From contig JAUXUN010000084.1 of assembly GCA_030680855.1 (NCBI GenBank), forward strand, positions 54,079 through 118,078: a DNA stretch of 64,000 bases. The letters are read 5' to 3'. Positions 7,914 to 16,602 of the stretch are shown one piece after another (position 1 is the stretch's first letter; each line of letters starts with the position of its first letter). This DNA comes from Aestuariivirga sp. GTDB taxonomy: Bacteria; Pseudomonadota; Alphaproteobacteria; Rhizobiales; Aestuariivirgaceae. The notes under the pieces are model-generated. The model made no database searches. It saw nothing but the letters and a program-made list of their open reading frames with translations, and had not been told where the DNA came from. The translations under genes and the position numbers were made by a program.

Positions 7914-9002
7914 TCAACGATAGGGGTAGCCGGCCTTTTCCATAACCGCAGCGTATTGCTTGAACGCCTCGACCACGCGGCCGGCACGCGGGCTGCTTCC
8001 GGCCACTTCATCCCAGAATGCCGTTGAGTCCGCAGTGACCTGGGCCCATTCGGCATCGGGGAGCGAGGTGAGCTCCATCTTCTTGCCTTCGACGCGGAGC
8101 TTGGCTTCGCCGCCCCAGTACCAGACATTGCGGTAGTAGTGGGACTGGTCGATGGTGGAGCGGAAGAGCTGCTGCAGATGCGGCGGCACCTTGTTCCAGC
8201 TTGCCGTATTGGCGAAGTAGGAGCCGCACCAGGCGCCCGTAACGCTGTTGGTGAGGGCATAGTTGCAGACATCGGCCCAGCCCACTTCATAGGCTTCGGT
8301 GAAGCCGCACCAGGCAACGCCATCGAGTTCGCCGGTCTGGATGGCGACTTCGACGTTATCCCAAGGCACGGTCACCGGCACCAGGCCGTATTTCGACAGG
8401 AACTTGCCCGCCGTCGGCACGCCGAACACGCGCTTGCCGTTCATGTCGGCGAGGCTGCGGATCGGTTCCTTGGTGAAGATGTGGAGCGGATCCCAGGCGC
8501 CGGCCGACAGCCACGTCACGTTGTCTACTTCGCCATAGGCCTCGGCCCAGATTTCGTTCAGGCCGTAATAGGCAAACAAGGCGGGCAAATCGAGGCTGAA
8601 ACGGGTGTTGAAGGGGAAATAGCCGCCGAACACCGAGATATCCACCGGCGAGGCCATGGTGGCGTCGTCCGACTGGACCGCGTCAATGGTGCCGTTCTGC
8701 ATCGCCCGGAAGAGCTCCGCGGTGGGCACGAGCTGGTCGGCATAGTAGAGCTCGATTTCCATCTCGCCGTTCGCCGCGGCGTTGAACGCGTCAATCTGCG
8801 GCTTGATCACATGGGCGCCGAGCGGCGCACCGGAATAGGTCTGGAGGCGCCACTTGATGGCGCTTTGGGCGCGCACAATGGCGGGCGCCGCCAGTGCCGA
8901 GGCTGCGATTGCCGCCCCGCCGAGGCTGAAATTGCGCAGCATCTTCCTGCGGCTTTCGAGAATTTTCCCGGACGGGCAGTTCAGGTCCTTGTCTTTTGTC
9001 AT
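7914..9002 (-). CDS. TRAP transporter substrate-binding protein (DctP/TakP-like), Tat signal
   Basis: SRRKMLR twin-arginine leader, APAIVRAQ..IKWRLQT, AMQNGTIDA, QTGELDG motifs. Confidence 0.88.
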   Translation of the reverse strand: MTKDKDLNCPSGKILESRRKMLRNFSLGGAAIAASALAAPAIVRAQSAIKWRLQTYSGAPLGAHVIKPQIDAFNAAANGEMEIELYYADQLVPTAELFRAMQNGTIDAVQSDDATMASPVDISVFGGYFPFNTRFSLDLPALFAYYGLNEIWAEAYGEVDNVTWLSAGAWDPLHIFTKEPIRSLADMNGKRVFGVPTAGKFLSKYGLVPVTVPWDNVEVAIQTGELDGVAWCGFTEAYEVGWADVCNYALTNSVTGAWCGSYFANTASWNKVPPHLQQLFRSTIDQSHYYRNVWYWGGEAKLRVEGKKMELTSLPDAEWAQVTADSTAFWDEVAGSSPRAGRVVEAFKQYAAVMEKAGYPYR

Positions 9003-9065
9003 GGTTCAGTTACTCCCTGGTTATTATAATTCTTGAATTCAGGCTTTGGTTTCCGCCAGTTGACC

Positions 9066-10388
9066 TTACTTGGCATAGAGGGTGTTTGGCAACCACAGGG
9101 CCAGGCCGGGGAAAAATGCCACCAGCATAATGACCGAAACCATCATCACAACAAAGGGCCAGATGGACCGGTATATATCCACCAGACCTATCTCCTTGGG
9201 CGCCATGGCCCGCATCAGGAAAAGGTTATAACCGAAGGGCGGCGTTATGTAGGCGATCTGGCAGGTGATGGTATAGAGGATGCCAAACCAGATGAGGTCG
9301 TAGCCAAGTATCCGCACGAGCGGAATGTAGAGAGGGGCCACGATCACCAGCATGGCGGTGTCGTCCAGAAATATACCCAGGATGATGAAGGTTGCCATCA
9401 TCATGGTGAGCACCATCCACGGCTCCAGATGCAACTGGCCGATGAACAGGTTTTCCAGGGCCCGCGCGGCTCCAAGGCCGTCAAACACCGCGCCGAAGGC
9501 AAGGGCCGCCAATATCAGCCAAAGAAACATCGACGAAATGGCAAGCGTCTTGCGTGATGTTTCTTTCAGCATGGGCCAGTTCAAACGGCCTTTGACGGCA
9601 GCGGCCACGGTGGCGGAGGTGGCGCCTACGGCTGAGCTTTCGACGAGGCTGGTGTAGCCCATGACAAACAGGCCGGTCATGAAGAAGAAGATCAGGAAGG
9701 GCACGATTCCGGCCCGCAGCAACCGCAGTTTCTCGACCATCGGCATATTGAGGTCTTCGTCCTTGACGGTGGGGGCCAGGGCGGGATTGAGCCGGCACCG
9801 CACCATGATGTAAATCACGAAAATCGTCGCCATCATCAGGCCGGGTATGACGCCCGCCAGCCAGAGCTGGCCTACGGGCTGGCGGGCGATCATGCCATAG
9901 AGGACCAGCACGACGCTGGGCGGAATCAGAATGCCGAGCGACGAACCGCCCTGCACCACGCCGGTGATCATGACCTTGTCATAGCCGCGCCTGATCATTT
10001 CCGGCAGGGCGATGGTGGCGCCAATCGCCATGCCCGCTACGGAAAGGCCGTTCATGGCCGAGATGATCACCATGAGCAGGATCGTGCCGATGGCCAGCCC
10101 GCCGCGAATGCGGCCAAACCAGACATGCAGCATGCGGTAGAGGTCTTCGGCGATCCCCGCTTCCGAAAGCACGTAGCCCATATAAATGAACAGGGGCAGG
10201 GTGAGCATCGGGAACCAGTTGAACAGCTTGAACACCTGGCTGAAGGGCATCTCGATGGCGCCGGTGCCGTAGAGCAGCAAGGCAGCGCCGGAGGCCACAA
10301 ATCCAATGGCGGCAAACACCCGCTGGCCAGTGAGCAACATCACCATCATGGCCCCAAACATGGTCAGGGCGATCAGTTCATAGCTCAT
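9066..10388 (-). CDS. TRAP transporter large permease (DctM)
   Basis: Highly hydrophobic; GILIPPS, ITPPFGYNLF motifs. Start trimmed to ATG 10388. Confidence 0.92.
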   Translation of the reverse strand: MSYELIALTMFGAMMVMLLTGQRVFAAIGFVASGAALLLYGTGAIEMPFSQVFKLFNWFPMLTLPLFIYMGYVLSEAGIAEDLYRMLHVWFGRIRGGLAIGTILLMVIISAMNGLSVAGMAIGATIALPEMIRRGYDKVMITGVVQGGSSLGILIPPSVVLVLYGMIARQPVGQLWLAGVIPGLMMATIFVIYIMVRCRLNPALAPTVKDEDLNMPMVEKLRLLRAGIVPFLIFFFMTGLFVMGYTSLVESSAVGATSATVAAAVKGRLNWPMLKETSRKTLAISSMFLWLILAALAFGAVFDGLGAARALENLFIGQLHLEPWMVLTMMMATFIILGIFLDDTAMLVIVAPLYIPLVRILGYDLIWFGILYTITCQIAYITPPFGYNLFLMRAMAPKEIGLVDIYRSIWPFVVMMVSVIMLVAFFPGLALWLPNTLYAK

Positions 10389-10897
10389 GAGAGAGAAGTT
10401 CCCCGGATGGTGGCGGTGTGCTTGATGGCGAGGGAAATGGTCTGAAGCAGCATAAGAATGAGACAGGCGACCATGAGCGCCTTGATAGGAATCATCGACG
10501 GATTCCACATGGAGAAGCGCCTTTCTCCCGTGGCGATGGCGTATTGCAGGCTCGAGATGCTCCCCGTCAGCAGGACGGCGAGATAGAAGAACAGGCATGC
10601 ACTTGTGACCAAATCCATCCACGCCTTGCCCTTCACCGACAGCCAGTCGTAGAACAGGTCCATGCGGACGTGGCTATTGTTCTTCAAGGTTACCGGCCCG
10701 CCCATGAAATAATAAGCCGCAAGGGTGAATTGCGCGAGCTCGATGCACCAGTGCAAAGGCATCCTGATCAAATTCCGGGTCACCGCGTCGAGCAGCAGAA
10801 TTCCGATCATGGCCGCGATCAGGGCCATGGCGACAATTCCCACCTTGTCGGAAATGTAATCGACTATGCGGACATAGTTCTTTGCGAGTTTCCCCAT
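10385..10897 (-). CDS. TRAP transporter small permease (DctQ)
   Basis: Four TM segments, HVRMDLFY motif. Start trimmed to ATG 10897; overlaps dctM start by 4 nt. Confidence 0.9.
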   Translation of the reverse strand: MGKLAKNYVRIVDYISDKVGIVAMALIAAMIGILLLDAVTRNLIRMPLHWCIELAQFTLAAYYFMGGPVTLKNNSHVRMDLFYDWLSVKGKAWMDLVTSACLFFYLAVLLTGSISSLQYAIATGERRFSMWNPSMIPIKALMVACLILMLLQTISLAIKHTATIRGTSLS

Positions 10898-11032
10898 TCG
10901 CTCCCCGTGATCGGCGCCAAACTGGCGCAGCCAGATGGGCGCACAACCTTTAGCTGTCACCAATTTCGCAAGAAGAACTGATACGGCCTCTTAAGTCAAG
11001 CAGTGTCGCCAGTCCTAAAGCTTGCCTGGATT

Positions 11033-11839
11033 TCAGGCGGCGAGAGCCTTGATGGCCCAGGCCCTTGCATTGAGAGCAATCGTGCCGTTGTCCTGGCGCG
11101 GCAGATCATCGCTGAGCTTCTGGCGCAGTTTTTCGCGCGCTTCGGCGGGGAGGCTGACGCAATATCCAGGTGCTGGTCCGGCGCCGAGCGTAAAGGGGCG
11201 CCAGAAGTCGTCGAAGTCCGCAAAGACGGTGGGAATTTCCAGCGCCGTGCATTCCACTGATTGCAGGCCCGCGTTCGTAACCAGCTCGGTAAGCCCGGAG
11301 GATGTACAGAAGGGAAATCGTTTGCCCTCGGCAAAGCCGGATGCGCCGGGGTCAAGTGCTATGGCGGCATCCCAGAAGGCCCGCATGAATCCCATGCCGC
11401 CGCCGGGATAATCCCAGACATAGAATGCAACGGTGCCGCCGGGCTGCGCCACGCGCTTCATTTCAAACAAGGCCTGTGGAATGTCCGGCACAAAATTCAG
11501 AACAAGGGCGGAGGCCACGATGTCCTTGCTGTGATCCTCAAGCGGCAGCTTTTGCGCATCGCCCACTTCAAACCTGGCGCGCTTGTCCTCAACATTTCTT
11601 TGCGCCGTGGCGACAAAGCCGGCGGACTGTTCGATGCCGACAAGACTTCGGGGATCGCAACGGCTGAGAACCGCCGACGAAAGCGCGCCGGTGCCGCAGC
11701 CCACGTCGAGCCAGTCGCATTTTTCTGCCGGCTTGAGCCAGTCAAGAAACCGCGTTGCCATCTTCCGGCTCCAACGCCCCATATAGGCATCGTAGCTGTC
11801 GCCAGCACTCCACGCGTCATGTTTGGCAACTTCGGACAT
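11033..11839 (-). CDS. Class I SAM-dependent methyltransferase
   Basis: YDAYMGRWS, WLDVGCGTGAL, GDAQKLP, LVLNFVPD motifs. Confidence 0.9.
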   Translation of the reverse strand: MSEVAKHDAWSAGDSYDAYMGRWSRKMATRFLDWLKPAEKCDWLDVGCGTGALSSAVLSRCDPRSLVGIEQSAGFVATAQRNVEDKRARFEVGDAQKLPLEDHSKDIVASALVLNFVPDIPQALFEMKRVAQPGGTVAFYVWDYPGGGMGFMRAFWDAAIALDPGASGFAEGKRFPFCTSSGLTELVTNAGLQSVECTALEIPTVFADFDDFWRPFTLGAGPAPGYCVSLPAEAREKLRQKLSDDLPRQDNGTIALNARAWAIKALAA

Positions 11840-11924
11840 CCGACAGCTCCTTTACAAATCCAAAGGCATTCAAAACCTGACCGGGCGGGGTTGCAAGTCA
11901 TTCAAGCGGCGGTCATGCGACCCG

Positions 11925-14504
11925 TCAGGCAATGGCCCGATGATCGGGATTTCCATGGAGCAGCAGCGCATCGCTGATCCGGCCCGCCGGGATTGCAGGG
12001 CTGAACAGAAAACCCTGGCCCTGCTGGCACCCCAGAGCGCGCAGGATATCAAGCTGTTCCTGGGTCTCGATGCCCTCGGCCAGCGTCATGAGGCCCAGGC
12101 TGTGACCGATATTGATTGCGGCCCGGACCAGTTCCTTTGACCTTGGCTTGCATCCCAGGTCCCTGATGAAGGAGCGGTCAATCTTGATCTTGTCGATTGG
12201 GAAACTATTGAGGTAGCCCAGCCCGGAATATCCGGTGCCGAAGTCATCCAGGGCGATCACCACGCCAAGCTCTTTCAGGCTCTTCAAGATATCGAGTGTC
12301 TCGGAGGACTTTTCCAGCAGGAGCGACTCGGTGATCTCGAGCTCAAGCCGATGGGCGGGAAGGCCATATTTCTTGAGGGCAGCCGAGACGACATCAACGA
12401 GTTCGCCGGACTTGAACTGGGCGGGGGATATATTTACCGCGACGGAGAGATTTTTCTGCAGGGTGGCGGCCAACTTGCAGGATTCCTCCAGCACCCAATT
12501 TCCCATGGGCACGATCATCCCGCTTGATTCCGCGATCGGGATGAAGTCGGCCGGTGAAATCATGCCCTTTTGCGGATGGTTCCAGCGCAGGAGGGACTCG
12601 AATCCAACTTCGACGCCGCGCTCAATTTCCATCAATGGCTGATAGTGAATCACAAGCTGGTCCCTGGCCAGGGCCTGGCGAAGATCCCGTTCCATCTCGC
12701 GGCGCAGCATGATCTGCAGCGACATCTGCGGTTCGTAAACCCGGCATATGCCGCGGCCATCGGTCTTTGCCTTGTAGAGCGCCAGGTCGGCATTCTTCAG
12801 CAGGGTCGAGGAATCGACCGAATCGTCCATGCTGAAACTGACCCCGGCGCTAACGCCTGTCTGCAAATGGTGATCGCTCACATGGAGTGGGCCATTGAAG
12901 GCCTTCACCAGTTCGGCTGCAACGGCTTCAGCGGCGCCAAGCTCGGTCAGCATGGGAAGCAGTACGGCGAATTCGTCACCGCCCAGCCGGGCCACAAAGC
13001 CCCGGTCGCCAACGCACTCTTCCAGCCTGGAGGCCACCGCGATAATGAGTTCATCGCCCACGTGATGCCCGAGGGTGTCATTGACGCCCTTGAAGTCGTC
13101 GATATCGACGAGAATAATCGACGTGTAATAATGCCTCTGCTTTTTTTGAGAAAGCGACCCTTCGAGCACGTCAAGGAAAAGCCTGCGGTTGGGAAGGCCG
13201 GTCAGCGCATCATGTTCCGCAAGATACTGAATGCGCGCGTCCTGCCTGCGGCGCTCGGTGACATCGATGACAGCAACAATTGCTGCGTCCCTATTTTCGA
13301 ATTCTATGGGTTTGGAATAGGTAGTCACTATAATCTCGCTGCCGTCAGCCTTGAGATGTATCCAGTCCTCTTCACCATCGTCCTCGCCAAACTTCGTTCT
13401 GGCGTCCTCCAGTATCCTCTCATGTTCTCTCTCAGGCCGAATATCCACCAGGGTCATCTTCAGGAACTGATCACGTGTATAGCCATAATGTTTCAGAGCG
13501 GCAGAGTTGACGTCAATGTACCTCTGGCTTGATTTTTCGACGACCCACATGGGAACCGGGTTGTTCTCGAACAGCAGCCTGAAGGATTCCGCCGCGTTCC
13601 TGTCGTCGGTCACATCAGTTCTGACAAAGATCTTTTTTCCGTCAGGGGTCAGGTGCTGATCGTAGCGGATCCAGCGCCCGTCGCGGAAATTCTGTTCGAC
13701 AATCGAATCCCCCCGGTCAAGGGCGGCGAGCCGCTGCTTGATCCACGCCTCCTCGGCCGCGGCATCCATCTTGGTGAACTGGCGTTCATTCTCCATGAAA
13801 GAGCGGTAGATTGATTCGATGCTGGCGCCCGGCTTGATGTAAGGGGCCGTGTTGGGGAACATTTCTTCATAGTTCCGGTTCCACAGAAGAAGCCTGTTCT
13901 GCTCGTCCAGCAGGACAATGGCTTCCGGCAGGCATTCGATGACCTGGCGGAGCTCGGCGTGGCCCGAGACCGCGTGCTGGCAGGCCTCTTCGGCGACCGC
14001 AACAGTCTCACGCAGTTCAACCTGGGCCTTTCTGAGCTCCATGCGGCCAAGGGCTATGTTTGCCAACTTCTGGAGCGAATCCTTTTGCTGTTCGGTGACC
14101 ACATGCGGCACTGTGTCGGCGACAGCCAGTGTGCCCATGGCAAAGCCGTCGGCATCCCGCAGCGTAACGCCAGCATAGAATCGGATGTTAAGCGGCCCGG
14201 TCACCATGGGGCTCCCCGCGAACCTCTTGTCGAGCGTTGCATCCGCAACGACCATGACGCCCTCTTGCTTCACGGTATGGTCGCAGAAGCTGATGGAGCG
14301 GGGAACTTCCTCCAGATCAATTCCAATGCGGGACTTGAACCAATGGCAATGCGCTTCAGTCGTGCAAAGGTAGGCTATCGGAGCGTTGAACAGGACAGCC
14401 AGCAATCTGGTGATGTCGTCAAAGGCCGCTTCCGGAGGGGTGTGCGAAATCCTGTATTGCTCGAGGCGGCGGAGCCTTTCCTGTTCTTTGGGATTGTCGC
14501 TCAT
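11925..14504 (-). CDS. GAF-PAS-PAS-GGDEF-EAL diguanylate cyclase/phosphodiesterase
   Basis: N-terminal GAF (IRFYAGVTL), PAS folds, HDALTGLPNR, intact GGDEF, EAL variant ESL, DDFGTGYS. Start trimmed to ATG 14504. Confidence 0.93.
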   Translation of the reverse strand: MSDNPKEQERLRRLEQYRISHTPPEAAFDDITRLLAVLFNAPIAYLCTTEAHCHWFKSRIGIDLEEVPRSISFCDHTVKQEGVMVVADATLDKRFAGSPMVTGPLNIRFYAGVTLRDADGFAMGTLAVADTVPHVVTEQQKDSLQKLANIALGRMELRKAQVELRETVAVAEEACQHAVSGHAELRQVIECLPEAIVLLDEQNRLLLWNRNYEEMFPNTAPYIKPGASIESIYRSFMENERQFTKMDAAAEEAWIKQRLAALDRGDSIVEQNFRDGRWIRYDQHLTPDGKKIFVRTDVTDDRNAAESFRLLFENNPVPMWVVEKSSQRYIDVNSAALKHYGYTRDQFLKMTLVDIRPEREHERILEDARTKFGEDDGEEDWIHLKADGSEIIVTTYSKPIEFENRDAAIVAVIDVTERRRQDARIQYLAEHDALTGLPNRRLFLDVLEGSLSQKKQRHYYTSIILVDIDDFKGVNDTLGHHVGDELIIAVASRLEECVGDRGFVARLGGDEFAVLLPMLTELGAAEAVAAELVKAFNGPLHVSDHHLQTGVSAGVSFSMDDSVDSSTLLKNADLALYKAKTDGRGICRVYEPQMSLQIMLRREMERDLRQALARDQLVIHYQPLMEIERGVEVGFESLLRWNHPQKGMISPADFIPIAESSGMIVPMGNWVLEESCKLAATLQKNLSVAVNISPAQFKSGELVDVVSAALKKYGLPAHRLELEITESLLLEKSSETLDILKSLKELGVVIALDDFGTGYSGLGYLNSFPIDKIKIDRSFIRDLGCKPRSKELVRAAINIGHSLGLMTLAEGIETQEQLDILRALGCQQGQGFLFSPAIPAGRISDALLLHGNPDHRAIA

Positions 14505-14576
14505 AGGTTCACTCCGTCCCTGGCAACAAGGCTTCTGCGAGCCAGTTCCCCTGGCCACGACTCTGGCGCAGAAAAT

Positions 14577-14641
14577 TTTATGACCTGTTAACGGTAACTC
14601 TCAGACAGCTGACTTCCATCTGTTGGTTAATCAAAGGTGAA
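14577..14641. promoter_or_regulatory. Two CtrA-like boxes upstream of the GGDEF-EAL gene
   Basis: TTTA-N7-TTAAC (14577-14592) and TTAA-N7-TGAA (14627-14641), each one mismatch from TTAA-N7-TTAA. Confidence 0.35.
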
Positions 14642-14660
14642 TTTTTCCGGCTTTCCCTAA

Positions 14661-14720
14661 CCTCGCCCCCATGAACATGGGGGAGAGGTGGCACGGGCGA
14701 AGCCCGTGACGGAGAGGGGG
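14661..14720 (+). repeat. Left arm, cassette 2
   Basis: 59/60 identical to 6523-6582. Confidence 0.95.
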
Positions 14721-14743
14721 TCTTTGCAGTAAGGGATTAGCCT

Positions 14744-15187
14744 CTAACTTTTTTCTCTCGATGCAAACACAAACCGCAAGTCAGAAGCTGCAATATTTTC
14801 TTTTAGCCGGCCATCAAGCGCGGCAAGTATCGTATCGGCAACGGCGTTCCGTTGCCAAAGCACATCTGCACTCCAGAATCTTATCACTGCGTATCCTGCA
14901 TTGCGCATGTATTCATCCCTCACTTGATCTCGCCTGCTGTCAACGTGTTGACTGCCATCAACTTCAACAACCAAGTGCCGGTGACGACAGAGAAAGTCAG
15001 CGAAATAAGGGCCAATCGGAAATTGCCGCACGAATTTGTATCCGCCAAGGCGCTTGGCCTTCAACGCACTCCACATTGCTGCTTCGGCGTCATTATCAGC
15101 TTGGCGCAAGGTGCGCGCCCTGGCGGTCGCTCCGGGTTTTCGGCGAGAGCGGGAAGGTCGATCCGATTTGGCTGAAGTTGAGTCCAT
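14744..15187 (-). CDS. DUF559 / Vsr-like endonuclease-domain protein, copy 2
   Basis: Same motifs as copy 1; about 82% amino-acid identity by manual alignment. Confidence 0.9.
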   Translation of the reverse strand: MDSTSAKSDRPSRSRRKPGATARARTLRQADNDAEAAMWSALKAKRLGGYKFVRQFPIGPYFADFLCRHRHLVVEVDGSQHVDSRRDQVRDEYMRNAGYAVIRFWSADVLWQRNAVADTILAALDGRLKENIAASDLRFVFASREKS

Positions 15188-15248
15188 TCCACAAACTTTG
15201 CGATGAAAAATAGTAATTGAATAGACCGGCTTTATGCTTTGGCAAAGT

Positions 15249-15309
15249 CCCCCTCTCCGTCACGGGCTTTGCCCGCGCCACCTCTCCCCCAATTGCATTG
15301 GGGGCGAGG
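15249..15309 (-). repeat. Right arm, cassette 2
   Basis: 59/61 identical to 7110-7170. Confidence 0.95.
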
Positions 15310-15384
15310 AAAAGTTGCGTGTTTCCCCTTTCAAACAATCCGCGGTAGAAGCCTCTCAAATTCATGAAAGGACCATTTGGAGAG

Positions 15385-15774
15385 ATGATTGATTTCAGAA
15401 ACGTCTGGCTGCCTCAGATCATAGGATATGCAGTGTTGATTGCTGACGACAAAGCGTTGAGAAGCGTCTGGATTTCAGGGGACCAATCCCTCACGTCGGT
15501 AATAAGCTTTGACGAACTCATTGAACAAATGTTCGACGACTTGGATTCTGAAGCCATATGGAGTTAACACAAGGGAGAATTGGTAGATCGCGTCAGCCTG
15601 CAGTCATCTATTGATGCCTTTCTCCGTGCGCTCTTAGAAGCCGATGAGCCATTTGGGAGAAAGAATTGTACAGATCATGCCGCACTACTTTCTTCTCCTA
15701 TTTGGTTGCAAGTCCGCGAAACTGCTGAGCTTGTCGTCAAGTGTGCGGATGAGGCAAAGTTGACTTATTTCTAG
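15385..15774 (+). pseudogene. AT-rich hypothetical gene interrupted by an in-frame TAA
   Basis: ORFs 15364-15567 and 15580-15774 are in the same frame, separated by one TAA (15565-15567). ATG 15385 follows GGAGAG. Confidence 0.55.
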
Positions 15775-15888
15775 GACTATTTCTGACTCAAAGCCGACAT
15801 TCAAAGCCATTCACCCCCTCTATTTATTGCCATTTCCATTTGCCGCCATGGCGCGCTAGAAGACCCGAAATCACAAAAGGAATGACCC

Positions 15889-16602
15889 ATGCGCCCCTCA
15901 GGCCGTAAGCCCGACCAACTCCGTGCCGTCAGTTTTGAACGAAACTACATTAAGCATGCGGAGGGCTCGTGCCTCGTTCGTTTCGGCGACACCCATGTGC
16001 TGTGCACGGCGAGCCTTGAGGAGCGGGTGCCGCCGTGGATGAAGGGGCTGGGCAAGGGCTGGGTCACCGCCGAATACGGCATGCTGCCGCGCTCCACGGG
16101 GGACAGGATGCGGCGCGAGGCGTCTGCGGGCAAGCAGTCGGGCCGCACCCAGGAAATCCAGCGGCTGGTGGGCCGCAGCCTCAGGGCCGTGGTTGACCTT
16201 GTGGCGCTGGGCGAAAAGCAGATCACGCTGGATTGCGATGTCATCCAGGCTGATGGCGGCACGCGCACCGCGGCCATCACCGGGAGCTGGATCGCGCTCC
16301 ATGATTGCCTCAAATGGATGGAGGCGCGCGCCATGTTCAAGACCTGGCCCATGAAGAACCATGTGGCGGCGATTTCCTGCGGCATCCATGGTGACGGCGT
16401 GGTGCTTGATCTGGATTACGAGGAAGACTCATCGGCGGGCACCGATGCAAATTTCGTGATGACGGGCTCCGGCGGCATTGTGGAAGTTCAGGGCACAGCG
16501 GAGGGGGAGCCGTTTTCGGAAGCGCGTTTTCTCGAACTCATGGCTTTGGCCCGCAAGGGCATTGATGAGTTGGTCGGTATGCAGAAGGCGGCAATTGCGT
16601 GA
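15889..16602 (+). CDS. rph: Ribonuclease PH
   Basis: [48 protein letters not shown] motifs. Confidence 0.97.
   Translation: MRPSGRKPDQLRAVSFERNYIKHAEGSCLVRFGDTHVLCTASLEERVPPWMKGLGKGWVTAEYGMLPRSTGDRMRREASAGKQSGRTQEIQRLVGRSLRAVVDLVALGEKQITLDCDVIQADGGTRTAAITGSWIALHDCLKWMEARAMFKTWPMKNHVAAISCGIHGDGVVLDLDYEEDSSAGTDANFVMTGSGGIVEVQGTAEGEPFSEARFLELMALARKGIDELVGMQKAAIA

Larger units (their letters stand above)
14659..15334 (-). mobile_element. DUF559 endonuclease cassette, copy 2
   Basis: Same architecture and orientation as copy 1. Confidence 0.7.

Noticed and set aside
4612-15309. Palindromic repeats as a CRISPR array
   Set aside because: No regularly spaced direct repeats with unique spacers, and no cas genes.
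6511-15345. Possible target-site duplication (ACAAT / AAT(T)GCTC near cassette ends)
   Set aside because: Matches are only 5-7 bp, do not abut the defined ends consistently and are within chance.
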